Shown here in pieces: positions 1 to 12,170 of a stretch of DNA of 64,000 bases. The translations under genes were made by a program, and so were the position numbers. Each line of letters starts with the position of its first letter. Positions within the stretch are counted from its first letter, which is position 1. The stretch comes from Octopus sinensis (lineage: Eukaryota). The DNA is taken from NCBI RefSeq assembly GCF_006345805.1, contig NC_043005.1, forward strand, positions 50,406,001-50,470,000. Direction: 5' to 3'. The notes under the pieces were generated by a model, which did no database searches, had not been told where the DNA came from, and worked only from the letters and a program-made list of their open reading frames with translations.

Positions 1-171
1 TCAAATAGAATTTTTATAAATGGTTTCTTTGCTGTAAGGGATGTGAGACTACGAAGGGTCCTTGGCGGTTCGTTTCGTACCGCTCAACCGTCATCTGTTT
101 ATTTCTAGCTTATGTCGTTGTTATTGCTGTTGTTTAGCAACAGGCTGGCCTCGATGAAATAAGCCTATGTT

Positions 172-516
172 TTATCCTTTATCTTTCACTTTCGCTTGTT
201 TGGGTCATTAGGTTGCGGCCATGCTGGAGCACTTACCTTGAAGAATTTCTAGTCGAATGGATCGACCCTGGTGATAACTTTTTTTATTATTTTAAGCCTG
301 ATACTTATATCAGTCTCTTTTGCTGAACCACTATTTTTTTACGGGGACGTAAACACACCGACATCGGTTGTCAAGCGCTAGTGAAGGACAAACACAAACA
401 CACATACACATATATGTATACATACATACATACATGCACACACACACATATATATATAGAGAGAGAGAGACAGACAGACAGACAGAGATGGAGAGACAGA
501 GAGAGGGAGAGAGAGC

Positions 517-548
<32 letters not shown>

Positions 549-706
549 TACGACGAGCTTCTTTCAATTTCCGTCTATCAAATCACCTCACAAAGCTTTG
601 CTCGGCCCGAGGCTATAGTAGAAAACACTTGCCCAAGGTGCCACGCTGTGCGACTGAATCCAGAACCATTTGGTTGGGAAGCTAGCTTCTTACCACACAG
701 GCACGC
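172..706 (-). mobile_element. SINE family B (tRNA-derived head, CORE-like box, internal microsatellite)
   Basis: Matches at least 12 other copies in the window. On the - strand: tRNA-like head, TTGGGCAAGTGTTTTCTACTATAGCC box, (TATC)/(TG) tract and the tail ending ...AGCAAAAGAGAC...GGCCGCAACC. Octopus family name not asserted. Confidence 0.9.
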
Positions 707-1239
707 CTGCGCTCGTACAAAGTCTATCCATGGTAGCAGTGAGATGTTTAATTCCTTTTGGCTCCGGTGGTGTCTATTGTAGTTATAGTGGTGATTGTGG
801 TTGTTTCTGATACCAGGTCGGTTGTGCCGAGTCGACCTATCTGTATTTCTCGGACTGTCCAATATGCCTTTTCTTGTATGGAGGGTAATGGTGAATATTG
901 TGGTGGAGGTAGTGATGGCGGTGACTATTGATAGTGGTAATAGTGACAGTGATAAATGTTGTCGTAGTCTTTGTGTGTGTGTGTGTGTGTGTGGTGGTTG
1001 TGGGGGGGGGTTAAGCCTCTGTATCAGTCGCTAGCGCGTAGATTCAGCATCAAAGTCGTTCCAGTTAAGACCATACCTCTTCAGTATATTTTGCATTACA
1101 ATATCTAATGGGACCTCTCTCTTTTTAAACATAATTTGTGGGAGGTTTGGATGCTATTTGTGCAAGTCATGCGACCGCGTAGAACATCACTCAGGGACTT
1201 GTAATTATGGTAGCAAGAAATGATACCAGTGGTGATAAC

Positions 1240-1603
1240 AGTTGTAACATCGGTGCTAGTAAAGTAAAAAGACCCCCTTCGGTTATGAATAACTGTGGGA
1301 TTGCACCTAGAACGTTACCCTCCGAGGCACAAGTCCGGGCAAGGTTGTTTATGGAAGACCAGCAGTCGCCCATACATACCAGTTTCCTCTCTCCATGCCA
1401 CTGATGTTATCCTAAAGGAAAGGCAAAGGTAAAAACAGCTTGGCACCCGTGACGTCGCAACTCAGTTCTACAGCTGAGTGAATTGGAGCAACATGAAATA
1501 AGGTGTCTTGCTCAAGAATACACCACACAGCCCAGTCCAGGAATCGAACTCACTACCTCATGAGGGTGAGCCCGACACTCTAGCCACTAAGCTATATGCT
1601 TTC
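1240..1603 (-). mobile_element. SINE family C (tRNA-derived)
   Basis: The - strand begins AGCATATAGCTTAGTGGCTAGAGTG (A box) ... GAGTTCGATTCC (B box), followed by a CORE-like TTGAGCAAGACAC. Confidence 0.8.
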
Positions 1604-2310
1604 CCGTCAGTGGTATTAGCGGTTTTTGCATAAGCTATCTGCTGTGGTTTAACCTTAGGTGAGAGTTTATTGGGCAATCACATGACTTTTAGGTTACTAC
1701 GGTATGTAGCCATAGTGCGATATAGATAGGTCTACTCGATCACAGATGGTCTGACGCTAAAAAAACAACCGCAAACACCACACTATAGCTACATGCCGTG
1801 GAAAGCTAAAAGCCATATCCGTGTCTAAGTGGTTGTTCATCTTTAGAATATATGTGTAATAAGATAGATATTTTGTAGATGCAGGTCATTGTATAATCTG
1901 TTATGATAAGTAGTCGACAATACGTTACATTTACACTCCCATATACAGTGATGAATAGTATAGAGTGTGGTGTGGCAGTTTGTACGTATTGTGTTCACTG
2001 CACTGCTCATTCTATTTCTGTGTGTCCGTTGATACCAGTGGTGGATACCAGAAAAGGTAACCAAGGTAAGCTAAGTCAGAAGGAATTGCTGACTCCTATC
2101 TACTTATTGTTGGTGATATGCATCTCAGTACATGGTATGGGGCTAGCAAAGCTATGAATGTTGCAGCTATTTTAGTGTGTTTGTGTTCTTTGTGATTGTT
2201 GAGTACAGGAAACTATCCATCAAAATAATTTCCATACGATCAAGAAAACTGCCTTGAAATGTTTAATCCAAAATGTTGAAAATGTAATGAAATGAAGGTG
2301 ATTGAAATAA

Positions 2311-2516
2311 TTCCACGCTGAAGAAGGCCACAGTTACAAAACCGTCTACGGAAAGATTGATTTCGGAATATACAGTTCCATACCTGAACTTAAAGTCTTA
2401 GAAAAATTTGAAGCAGAACTCGTTGACATTATAAATACAGTAAAATCTAAAGATTATAGAACTAGATGCATGCAAACATCAAATCAGTTCCAATATCCGT
2501 TAAAACTTTTATATTG
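2311..2516 (+). pseudogene. Degenerate Penelope-like ORF N-terminal fragment
   Basis: Manual translation ...FGIYSSIPELKVLEKFEAELVDIINTVKSKDYRTRCMQTSNQFQ resembles the PLE pre-RT motif (PxxKELKxFExDLxDxIxxIKF...NxFQ). Similarity judged by eye only. Confidence 0.45.
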
Positions 2517-2779
2517 ATCAACAAAATAATAAAACCCTTTGTGTTTTGTTGTTTTCGGTTAAGTTTTATCCTCTGTATGCAACAGACGACGACACCAAAA
2601 AACATCAAACAAAAACAACAAACGCCAAAATATACGCAATAATATGGAACCAGCAGCTGGTATGCAAATAGATGACGTAACAGAATATGTAGAAACTCGA
2701 CAACTAATAAATAATAGTTACAAATTTTGATACAAGACCAACAATTTCGCCTGCATCTATTAACAATAATAATAATTTA

Positions 2780-3330
2780 CTACTCTTGGTACAAGGCCCT
2801 AAATTTTGGGGGAGTGGTACGCAACTGGTACTTAATTTATCGACCTCGAAAGTATGAAAGGCAAAGTCGACTTCGGCGGAATTTGAACTCAGAACGTAAA
2901 GACAGGCGAAATGCCCATTTCTTTACGATCCACAAGGGGCTAAATACAGGGAACTAACAAGGAAAACAAACGGATTAAGTCGATTATATCGACCCCAGTG
3001 CGTAACTGGTACTTATTTAATCGACCACGAAAGGATGAAAGGCAAAGTCGACCTCAGCGGAATTTGAATTCAGAACGTAGCGGCAGACGAAATACCTTTT
3101 TCTTTACTACCCACAAGGGGCTAAACACAGAGAGGACAAAAATGGACTGACAAACGGATTAAGTCGATTATATCGACCCCAGTGCGTAACTGGTACATAT
3201 TTAATCGACCCCGAAATGATGAAAGGCAAAGTCGACCCCAGCAGAATTTGAACTCAGAACATAGCGGCAGACGAAACACAGCTAAGCATTTCGCCCGGTG
3301 TGCTAACACTTCTGCCAGCTCGCCGCCTTT
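2780..3330 (-). mobile_element. SINE family A head-to-tail trimer
   Basis: Three consecutive copies of the GTCGACTTTGCCTTTCATCCTTTC core. Only the rightmost has the GGCGGCGAGCTGGCAG head; junctions at about 2916 and 3096. Confidence 0.9.
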
Positions 3331-3344
3331 ATAATAATGATAAT

Positions 3345-3562
3345 CTTTTCAACTAAAGACACAAAGGATGAAATTTCGGGGAAGGGATTCAGTCGATTAT
3401 ATCGACACCTGTGTTCAACTGGTACTTTCTTGTTATCGACCCCCAAAAGAATGAAAAGCGAAGTTGACCTCGGTGGAATGTGTACTCAAAAGGTAAAGAT
3501 GGACATAATACCGCTAAGCATTTTCCCCGGTTTACTAACGATTATGCCAACTCGCTTCCTTA
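3345..3562 (-). mobile_element. SINE family A, older copy
   Basis: Diverged match to the family A head, core and tail. Confidence 0.8.
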
Positions 3563-3759
3563 GCTCGACAGCTAGTAAAAACACTGAAATAAGCTTATAG
3601 AGATGGCTTCTAAAGGAACAAGTTCACCAAGTAGCAACAGTATTCCCAGGTGATCTGTTTCGTTAAACCTTGACGGCAACACAGGAATTAATTTTCAATA
3701 AACTATATATTATTTAACAAGCATTCAGTGCAAAGCTTTCGCGCATTTTCATCTCTTTT

Positions 3760-4130
3760 GCTATTTTACTCTCTTTTACTTGTTTCAGTCATTTGACTGC
3801 AGCCATACTGGAGCACCGCCTTTAGTCGAACAAATCGAGCCCAGCACTTATTGTTTGTAAGCCTAGTACTTATTCTATCCGTCTCTTTTGCCGAACTGCT
3901 AAGTTAAGGGGACGTAAACACGACTGTCAAGCGATGGAGGGGAGACAAATAGACACACATAGACACATATACGACGTTTTTTTCTCAGTTTCCGTCTACC
4001 AATTTCACTCACAAGGCCTTGGTCTGCCCGAGTCTATAGTAGAAGACACTTTCCCAAGGTGTCACGCAGTGGGACTGAACCCGGAACCATGTTGCTGGGA
4101 GCAAGCTACTTACCACACCGCCACTCCTTC
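3760..4130 (-). mobile_element. SINE family B
   Basis: Full family B architecture. Confidence 0.9.
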
Positions 4131-4133
4131 GCT

Positions 4134-4183
4134 TGGCCACTCCTGGACCTGACCACTCCCGGACCTGGCCCCTCCTGCACCTG
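4134..4183. repeat. 3 x 16-bp minisatellite
   Basis: TGGCCACTCCTGGACC / TGACCACTCCCGGACC / TGGCCCCTCCTGCACC. Confidence 0.85.
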
Positions 4184-4222
4184 TGTTTCATATTCTTTTA
4201 TTCTTTCACGTGTTTCAGTCAT

Positions 4223-5035
4223 TTCAACTTAGCTAAAAGGGTATGCACCATTGTCTCGGATCCAAAAACACGAGAAATACGCTTTCAAAACCTCAAAAAA
4301 ACACTATTACAACGCCAATATCCCTCCACCCTTATAGAGTATGGAATAAAACGCGCCAAAGAACTAGACAACATTACACTGAAAACCACCCAACCTAACA
4401 CCACACACAACCCCAAAATACTTCCATAAATTTCCACCCACAACCCCAAAAATATCGAAGCATACACCACAATCATACAAAACCTCAGTCTACTGTCAAC
4501 AGACCCAAAAATGAAAAACATTATAAATACACACAAAATCCTCAAATGTAAAAGGCAACACAAATCTTTAAAAAAACTCTTGACAAATGCCAAACTTCAC
4601 ACACCACATCCACCCCCAGCAGTTAAAAAATGTGCACGCCCAAACTGTGGCACCTGCCCCTTCCTACTTGAAGGCTCTGAATTTATCTTCAAACAAGGAA
4701 CGAAGTTTAAAATCAAGACTAACTTCTCCTGTTCCTCCGAGAACCTTATCTACGTTCTCACATGTGCTGGTTGCCAACATAATTATGTTGGACAAACGAG
4801 TCTCCCGTTACGTAAACGAGTAACGGTGCATAAAGAACAAATAAATCTCCTGGAATACCGACAAATCCCACTGAGTGACCACATAGACTCATGCGCTAAA
4901 GACAAAATTCCCAAATTCTACATATTCCCCTTCTACCAATGTAAAGACGGGATCACCACACAGGAGAGAATTAACAAGGAGAATTTCTTTATTGAAAAAT
5001 TCAAAACGCAACTTAATATGCAAACTCCCCGTTGA
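4223..5035 (+). pseudogene. PLE RT C-terminus plus GIY-YIG endonuclease (interrupted by a stop at about 4427)
   Basis: ORFs 4133-4429 and 4511-5035 are in the same frame: CARPNCGTC, NLIYVLTCAGCQHNYVGQT..LRKRVTVHK, RINKENFFIEKFKTQLN. These are canonical PLE GIY-YIG motifs. Confidence 0.9.
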
Positions 5036-5705
5036 TCATACTTCCTTTTTCTACCTCATTCTTCATGGATGGACTAACACAAATATATAAGGATACCATG
5101 CATTCATCACTTCAAGCTAAAACTTATATTCTTTAAATATCATTATTATTATTGTTGTTATTATTACTATCATTTTTATTATATATGACATAACAATCTG
5201 AAATGTAATTATAAATTGGTTTATGCAAATTTATATAATTAGAAAATAATATAAGTAAAGTGTTGAAATCTGAATGTTAAGTTAGCAAACAATTATATAA
5301 AAAAGATAATGCAAATGAAGCTAAAATGATAATTTTATAATTTAAGGTTTATTAACACCCTTTATTACAAAAAATTTATAAACACAAATTGAAGAGCTTA
5401 AAACCCATAGAGTTGTCTCCCCTTATTCACAACACAGGAACTGAAGAACTACTACTACTACTTCCTGTTTTGCCAACACCCTTAATTAAACTAAACAACA
5501 CATGGTTTTAATCCCATTGGATCCTAATACTTCAAGGTAATTTTTTCGTGAACAATCATTAAACTCAAGATACACAAAGACTTTACAATGTATCGGAGTA
5601 CTTATTTTTTAATTTTTGTATATATTTATTATTATTTTTTTGCAAAAAACAATGTAATTTTCTTTTTTCCCCCTCCTCACATTTAAAAACATTTTTTTCC
5701 CTTAC

Positions 5706-5747
5706 AATTCTTGAAAAGTCACATTATGACGAAAACCGGTTTGAATT
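5706..5747 (+). ncRNA. Type I minimal hammerhead ribozyme motif, U3:A8 variant
   Basis: AATTC TTGAAAA GTCA-CATTA-TGAC GAAA A-CCGG-T T T GAATT. Stem I AATTC/GAATT, stem II GTCA/TGAC, palindromic stem III AACCGGTT; predicted cut after 5742. Confidence 0.75.
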
Positions 5748-5859
5748 AATATATATTTATATATTTTATCAATTTTTCAAAAAATTTTTCTATACACCCA
5801 TCTTCATTAAAATTTTCTTTCAATTTAGCATTCTGCCTTTTTACAATTTTTCCTTGCTT

Positions 5860-6510
5860 ATCATTTCTCCACGTGCGGTCAACACAACCCCACCATTTAC
5901 TGATCTATATATATATATATATATTATGGAATGTTCCATCATTAAACGACGGGTAAGGATTCTGCAATTTCTTGGCGAAACCACACTGAGGATTTGTATA
6001 TAGTGATCAAATGTTTGTGCTGGCACATAAGCTGATTCCTTCCAACAAATCGATATTGCCTGTGCAGAAGCACAGCATGCTACACGTCAGGTGTCGAAAT
6101 GATCGCAGAGTAACATATCAAGAAATGCAATATGTAATCGAAAACTCATGCAAACTGCAGCGGACCAATTCATTTACCCAAAGACGTAGTTTATAAAGCA
6201 ACAGTCTCGAAAGTGAGACTGATCGAAGCAAAAACACATATGTGCGACCATTGAAAATTCAAATCTGAATACATACTCATTCTGGAACATCAGCTGAATG
6301 AACGCAACGTTCCTATGCGTCCTCAGATGCAATCGAAAATAATGAACACGAGCATAAAATAGAAACTAATAGACTGTGCAACGCCTATATGAATGGTACC
6401 AGTATATGCCTTCTGTGTATCGCAGAACAATGCCACATACACAATAAAAACAACTTACTAAACAGTGAAATGAGACATTACGATGGAGATACCAGATGAA
6501 ATCCATCATC
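5860..6510 (+). pseudogene. Old Penelope/Poseidon-like GIY-YIG C-terminal relic
   Basis: Translation at about 6380-6470, NAYMNGTSICLLCIAEQCHI..NNLLNSE, matches the PLE end motif NGxKxCxLCxxEKxxI...NLLNKRSE. Upstream parts are heavily degraded. Confidence 0.5.
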
Positions 6511-8609
6511 CAAAAGTTGTCCTACACACACACACGCACACGCACACACACATACACACATACACACAGGTATAGAGAGAGTGAGAGAGAGAGAAATAGA
6601 TAGATATGTTACGAGCATTGGAAATACAGGGATATCGACATCAACAGAATCGTAGGAACGTCAGCTCTCCCTCAGAAATCACTCGAGCATTTGTAAAATG
6701 AAAAAACAATTACACAAATCGAAGCATAAGTGGCTAATTCAGTCCACGAACGGAAAATGACACACCTACACGCACACACACACACAGACTCTCTCTCTCT
6801 CTCAATCACTCGCACACGCGCACACACTCTCTCCTTTCTCTCGCACGCATACACAGACACGCAGACGCACACACATACACACACACGCACACACACACAC
6901 ACACACACACACGAACACACTTAAACATAGGAATACACATACAGAAAAGTCATTTTCCATCCACCAAAACCACTAGACCATAAAAACAAACACAGGATGT
7001 ATGAATGAAAACACCGTTAAAAAAACCAATTTAACTATAAAAACAAAACAGGCATATGACTAATGATTCGTAAAAGATCCTTTCTGTAGAAACCAGTATT
7101 AAAAAAAATACAAAAAGTACAAAACATAGAAACGTGCTGAATAAAACAAGAATCAGTTTCATAAAAGAAAAAAAAAAGAGGGAATTTGACAAATAGAAAA
7201 TACCACCCACGATTCAAACAGGAAGATAATTTCAAAGATAACAAGTAGGTTTTAAACAATTAAGTTTATAAAATCATTAACAAATGCGTAAGAATAAAAT
7301 ATAAGCAACTAAAAATAACAAAATATAGGCAACCAATAGAATGTCGAAGAAGCAGCTGAAAAATAATGCCCTTAATTGAACAGAATAACAAAATATAAAC
7401 TAGAAATGAACCAATTAAATATGCAACTGATATTGATAACGCCCAAATATAAAACAACGTAAAAACACTACCACACCATAGACCAAGCAACAAAATCAAG
7501 AAGTAGAAAAAGTACAAGCCTATAGCGATGAATATAAAACAGGCATAGGTAACCTTTTTCGAGAAGCAGCCTCCATAAGAATTAGCTCATTATCGGGCGG
7601 GCTGCACTACTAAAAATATTCAGGTTAATTTTTCGTTGGGTATGGCCATTCAGGAATTCCAGTAGGGTGCATTTTCCCCATGGTATAAAACAACAAATAT
7701 ACCGAGGAATAGTAGCAGTACTCGGTGCGGATCTAGATTTTTCATTACCAAGATACGCATTTTTTAAAAGACAGTAAAAATCTGAAAATTGGCTATAATA
7801 ATAAAGTTTTCCAGTCCAATTGCTATGAAGGTATGATGTTGTGAAGAGAAAAATTAGAGGAAAAACTGTATAAACATCACAAACATCTCTTGCTATATAT
7901 GAAAAATATATAGAATATGAAAACAATTGACGAAAAATATCTATAACAAAATTCTAATTGATAAATATAAATTTTTATTAAAACAAAATACGCGGGTGAA
8001 GTAAATCTTGTGTGGTTGTCATGGTAACAAGCTGTTAATGCTTTGCTATCTGTTGATTGGCTAAAATTACCCAAATTTCCCAACTTTTATTCCAAATAAC
8101 ATCGGATTCTATTGAGATAAAGTAATTGGTTGAGAGTAATCAAAATTCAGAGTTGTATCGATACACCAAAATTTAAAGCAATCTGAACAAAATTAAAGGG
8201 GAGTCATTTTGCGAATGAAAAAGACTAGATCTCTCGGTACGAGTTGCAAGCTAGGAATTAACTTTAAATATACTGTATGGTCTACAATATGTTCTCTCTT
8301 ATACATCGACGAGAAGTATCATTTGAATAGGTGTGTATAAGAGTGGGGATGTTTCTGTACATACATACAATCTTGTTTGCACGTATAAACACGCTCTGTT
8401 TCATATTACTACACACAAATATAGACTTCTTTCTTTGTTGATTCTGATATGATTCCTGCTAAAGAAGACAATTACTAAGATTCTGTTCTATGGACTATAT
8501 AGAAACACAAACTGGCGAAATATAACCACGATCCTATATGAATATATATAAAAGACAATTACAATGAATTCGGAGTACATCTACATACATTTTTTCTATA
8601 CTCATTTAT

Positions 8610-8636
8610 AATAATAATAATAATAATAAAAATAAA

Positions 8637-8704
<68 letters not shown>

Positions 8705-8794
8705 AATTATTGTATACAGTGCTCAGGTGCACTACAACTTGTATGTGTATATATTACGCATATATATACACACACACATATATATGTATGTATG

Positions 8795-8843
<49 letters not shown>

Positions 8844-9069
8844 TATATATATACATATATATATACATATATACATATATACATATATATGTATATATAT
8901 ATATATATATACATGCAGGCATACATACATACATACATACATTACATACATACATACATACATACATAATACATACATACATACATACATATACATACAT
9001 ACATACATACATACATACATACATACATACATACATACATACATACATACATACATACATACATACATA
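8610..9069. repeat. Compound microsatellite (AAT)n/(TA)n/(TACA)n
   Basis: Direct reading. Representative of dozens of similar tracts in the window. Confidence 0.95.
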
Positions 9070-9556
9070 CTCACATGACGGGACGGATGAAAAGTTCCTA
9101 GCTTTAGATAAAAGAAAATACAGGAGGATTTGGTTTAAATAGGACACAATTATACAGTATATTTGGTTTTAATGTGATCGACGGATGTTCCAGCAGCAAA
9201 ATTGTCTTGGATTTACACACCCGAAAATATTTATAATCCAGAGAAGCAAATCCAGGATTTACTCATCGGATGACTTACTGTGGTATTGCTCACCTTCAAT
9301 AATCCTAGTGCGGCTTACAAATCGATTCTATTTGCCTGAACTCGGATTATAACTGACTGCTCGTACGGTACTCGTCTGGGTAACCTATCTTTATCAACTC
9401 ATTTTTCTTTTACGAGACTTAGAAAAACTGAAAGACCGCTGCAATAAGTGTGTGAATCTGAGAGGGGAATATGTTGGATAAAATCATAATTAACTGATCC
9501 TCCTGTATTTTCTTTTATCTACAGTCAGGAACTTTTCAGCCGTCCCCTCGTGTGAG
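9070..9556 (+). mobile_element. Internally deleted mariner element (MITE)
   Basis: About 65-bp imperfect TIRs (CTCACAYGANGGGACGGMTGAAAAGTTCCT...GATAAAAGAAAATACAGGAGGAT) flanked by TA. Mariner C-terminal remnant LKDRCNKCVNLRGEYVG* at about 9428-9482. Confidence 0.85.
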
Positions 9557-9800
9557 TATGTATGTATGTATGTATGTATGTATGTATGTATGTATGTATG
9601 TATGTATGTATGTATGTATGTATGCATGCATGTATGTATATGCATAAATATATACACATACATACATGGGTGTGTGTGTATGCATGTACATACAAACAGA
9701 TGCTCTTCAATGGATGTGAATATTTTCCCAAAAATTGGGGAAAAGAAGGACATCTACGTAGCTCTTATATTCAAGCATTAGACTTTCATTTGCTTTTATT

Positions 9801-10030
9801 ATGATAGGTGCACAGAGCTACATAACACCGAGAAGCACCTCATATTCAGACTATAGACTCACATTTGCTCGTATCGTCATAGGTGCAGAGGTCTACGTAA
9901 TACTAGATGGACAAACAAATCTAGAAATGTTTGTATTTTTCAAAAACGGACAGAATAGACTGATTCGCATTCTCCAAATACAAAAGACCAGAGGAACAGT
10001 AAACATTTGCAAAACACTTGGGATTCTCCA
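9801..10030 (+). pseudogene. 3' end of an RLE-type non-LTR retrotransposon ORF (degenerate)
   Basis: YSDYRLTFARIVIGA...NLE...NRLIRILQIQKTRGTVNICKT; homologous to the fragment at 10440-10980. Confidence 0.65.
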
Positions 10031-10439
10031 CTTGAGATTTCTGGGTGAACATTTGCATACATTTACAGATACAGATTGAATACATAAGAACGTACACGTA
10101 TAAACAGTAATTAAATATACACAACTGTGTTCTGTCGTGAGGCGTACACCCACGAGTGCAAGTTTATCCAGACTCACGCATACACACAATATATACAGTA
10201 TACGCATACATCAAACAATACGGGTAACCCTAACTCCGTGAACTGTCTTGATTAAACAAAAGAGCATTGCCACTTTGTTTAGCGGTAGGCTTGATTTCTG
10301 CAAAGCAAAAGACTTGAATTAAATCTCAGAAAAATACATACATAGACATACATACATACAAACATACTTGTATGATGCATACGTACTTACATGCATGCAT
10401 ATATGCATACATGTTGCTAAAACAATACACAATACCATC

Positions 10440-10980
10440 CGAAAAAAATAAATGACCGTCCTGGGATAAATATAGAGACATCTACTTCTATTTTATTGAA
10501 TACATACACAAACATCAACACAGGGAATAGTGAAGGCTTATTCCCATCAAAAATCCTATGAAATATAAACATAACAGACCAGAGACCAGATATTGTTTAG
10601 GACATACAGGAGAAAATGTGAACAGTCAAAGAGGTTTGCTGTCGTGCTGATGTAAATATCGCTTCGAAAATCAGAGAAAAAGCGGATAACACAGGGAATT
10701 GCTTCGAAATCCCCCAGCGCTTATGCACAAATTATAGATTCACATTTATATCATTAATGATAAGGTGCCTAAATGAGAATCTAAATAAGATAGGGTATTC
10801 AGAAAAGGAAACCAACCAGCTAATTCGCATATTACAAATGCAATCTATAAACGGAATAGTAAAAATATGGAAGACTTTTCTCTTAAATGTGAATTTGTTT
10901 TTGTTATCTAAAGATGGAGCCGTGTATCTTTGTTAGAAACCAGCTCCTTCCTTATAGAAGGACTTCAAATAATTAGCAAT
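10440..10980 (+). mobile_element. RLE-type LINE 3' fragment (NeSL/R4-group-like) with 3' UTR
   Basis: Manual translation RPDIV*DIQEKM*TVKEVCCRADVNIASKIREKADN (PD-(D/E)xK RLE motif) ... NYRFTFI...NENLNKIGYSEKETNQLIRILQMQSINGIVKIWKTF. Confidence 0.75.
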
Positions 10981-11639
10981 GGAAGAGGTCATACATTTAT
11001 ATACTTATATACATACGAACACCTATATAACTAGACGAGTCATTGACCTCATCATCATTAAAAGCACACACACACACACACTCATACACCCCCCCACACA
11101 CACACAAAGAAACATATCATTACACATATATGCCACTTTGCAGATACACATAAGTCGCTGCACAGACACATCCGTACATAAGAGCTACTTCCTACTCCTC
11201 TCACATGAAATCTCTCGTTTCTCATCTATTCCGACATACATATTCACAAAAACCACACGAGCACGTGCACGCGCATACACACGCACACACATAGTAAACA
11301 AATACTCACATGCTCACACATGTATACGCAGACCTTTAAACAAATCAAATATCTTGAATAATTAAGTCCTATTAAACAGAAACAATGGAGCATTGAATAG
11401 TTTACTCTCATCTATGCGTTATCGATTACTTCGTTCTAACAGGGAATGTTTTCCAAAAACACACATTCATTCTGACCTAGTTGACTGGAACAGTTGACAC
11501 CTTTCACGATGTTTTTATCTTTTTATTTTTATTTTTCAGAGAATAAATCTGTATTGTTGCTGTTGTTGTTGATTCAATACGAAAGAAACTAACTACAGTC
11601 GAAAGAACCCTGGAAAGAAAATTTAACAGACATTATTAT

Positions 11640-12170
11640 TCGGAACGTAGCAAAGATAGCGAGCTGGGGGAATAGATACCGCGCTGGACTAAATGCTTAG
11701 CGGCATATCGTCCCGTCTTTACGATCACAGCTCTAGTACCTTCGAGGTCGACGTTACTGTTCATCCTTTCGAGATCGATTAAAATAAATCAGTTGAGATC
11801 GATAAATAAATCAGTCAGTTGAGCACTGGGTTCAATGTAATCGACTTATTCTCTCTCCATCAAATTTCAGACCTAATGCTTTTTGCAGAAACAACTGTTA
11901 GGAATGTTGCCACGAGAAAACGGAATGATCAAGTCATGATTTCTGTAATAATAATAATAATAATAATGATATAGTGAAGGCGGCGAGCTGGCAAACTCGA
12001 TAGGACGCCAGGAAAATGCTGCTCGGCAATCCTTCCGTCTTTACGTTCTGAGTTCAAATTCATCCTTTCGGGGTCGATAAATTAAGTACCAGTTGCGTAC
12101 GTGGAATGGATCTAATCGACTGGCCCACTCCTCCCAAATTTCGGGTCTTGTGCCTAGAGTAGAAAAGAAT
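11640..12170 (+). mobile_element. Two SINE family A copies
   Basis: Heads at about 11655 and 11978 (GGCGGCGAGCTGGC), with family A core and tail. Confidence 0.8.

Larger units (their letters stand above)
4223..5830 (+). mobile_element. 5'-truncated Penelope-like retroelement (Neptune-like) with 3' pseudo-LTR
   Basis: RT-thumb-like text (KRVCTIVSD...LKKTLLQRQYP), CxxxxCxxC linker, GIY-YIG domain, then an AT-rich 3' region carrying a hammerhead motif. Confidence 0.9.

Noticed and set aside
2311-2370. CTGAAGA...GAAA as a hammerhead
   Set aside because: Needs 3 extra nt on both sides of the core; it reads better as PLE coding sequence.
7560-8270. Possible non-autonomous DNA transposon (shares GTGCGGATCTAG with about 51580)
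   Set aside because: No TIR pair or TSD could be established.
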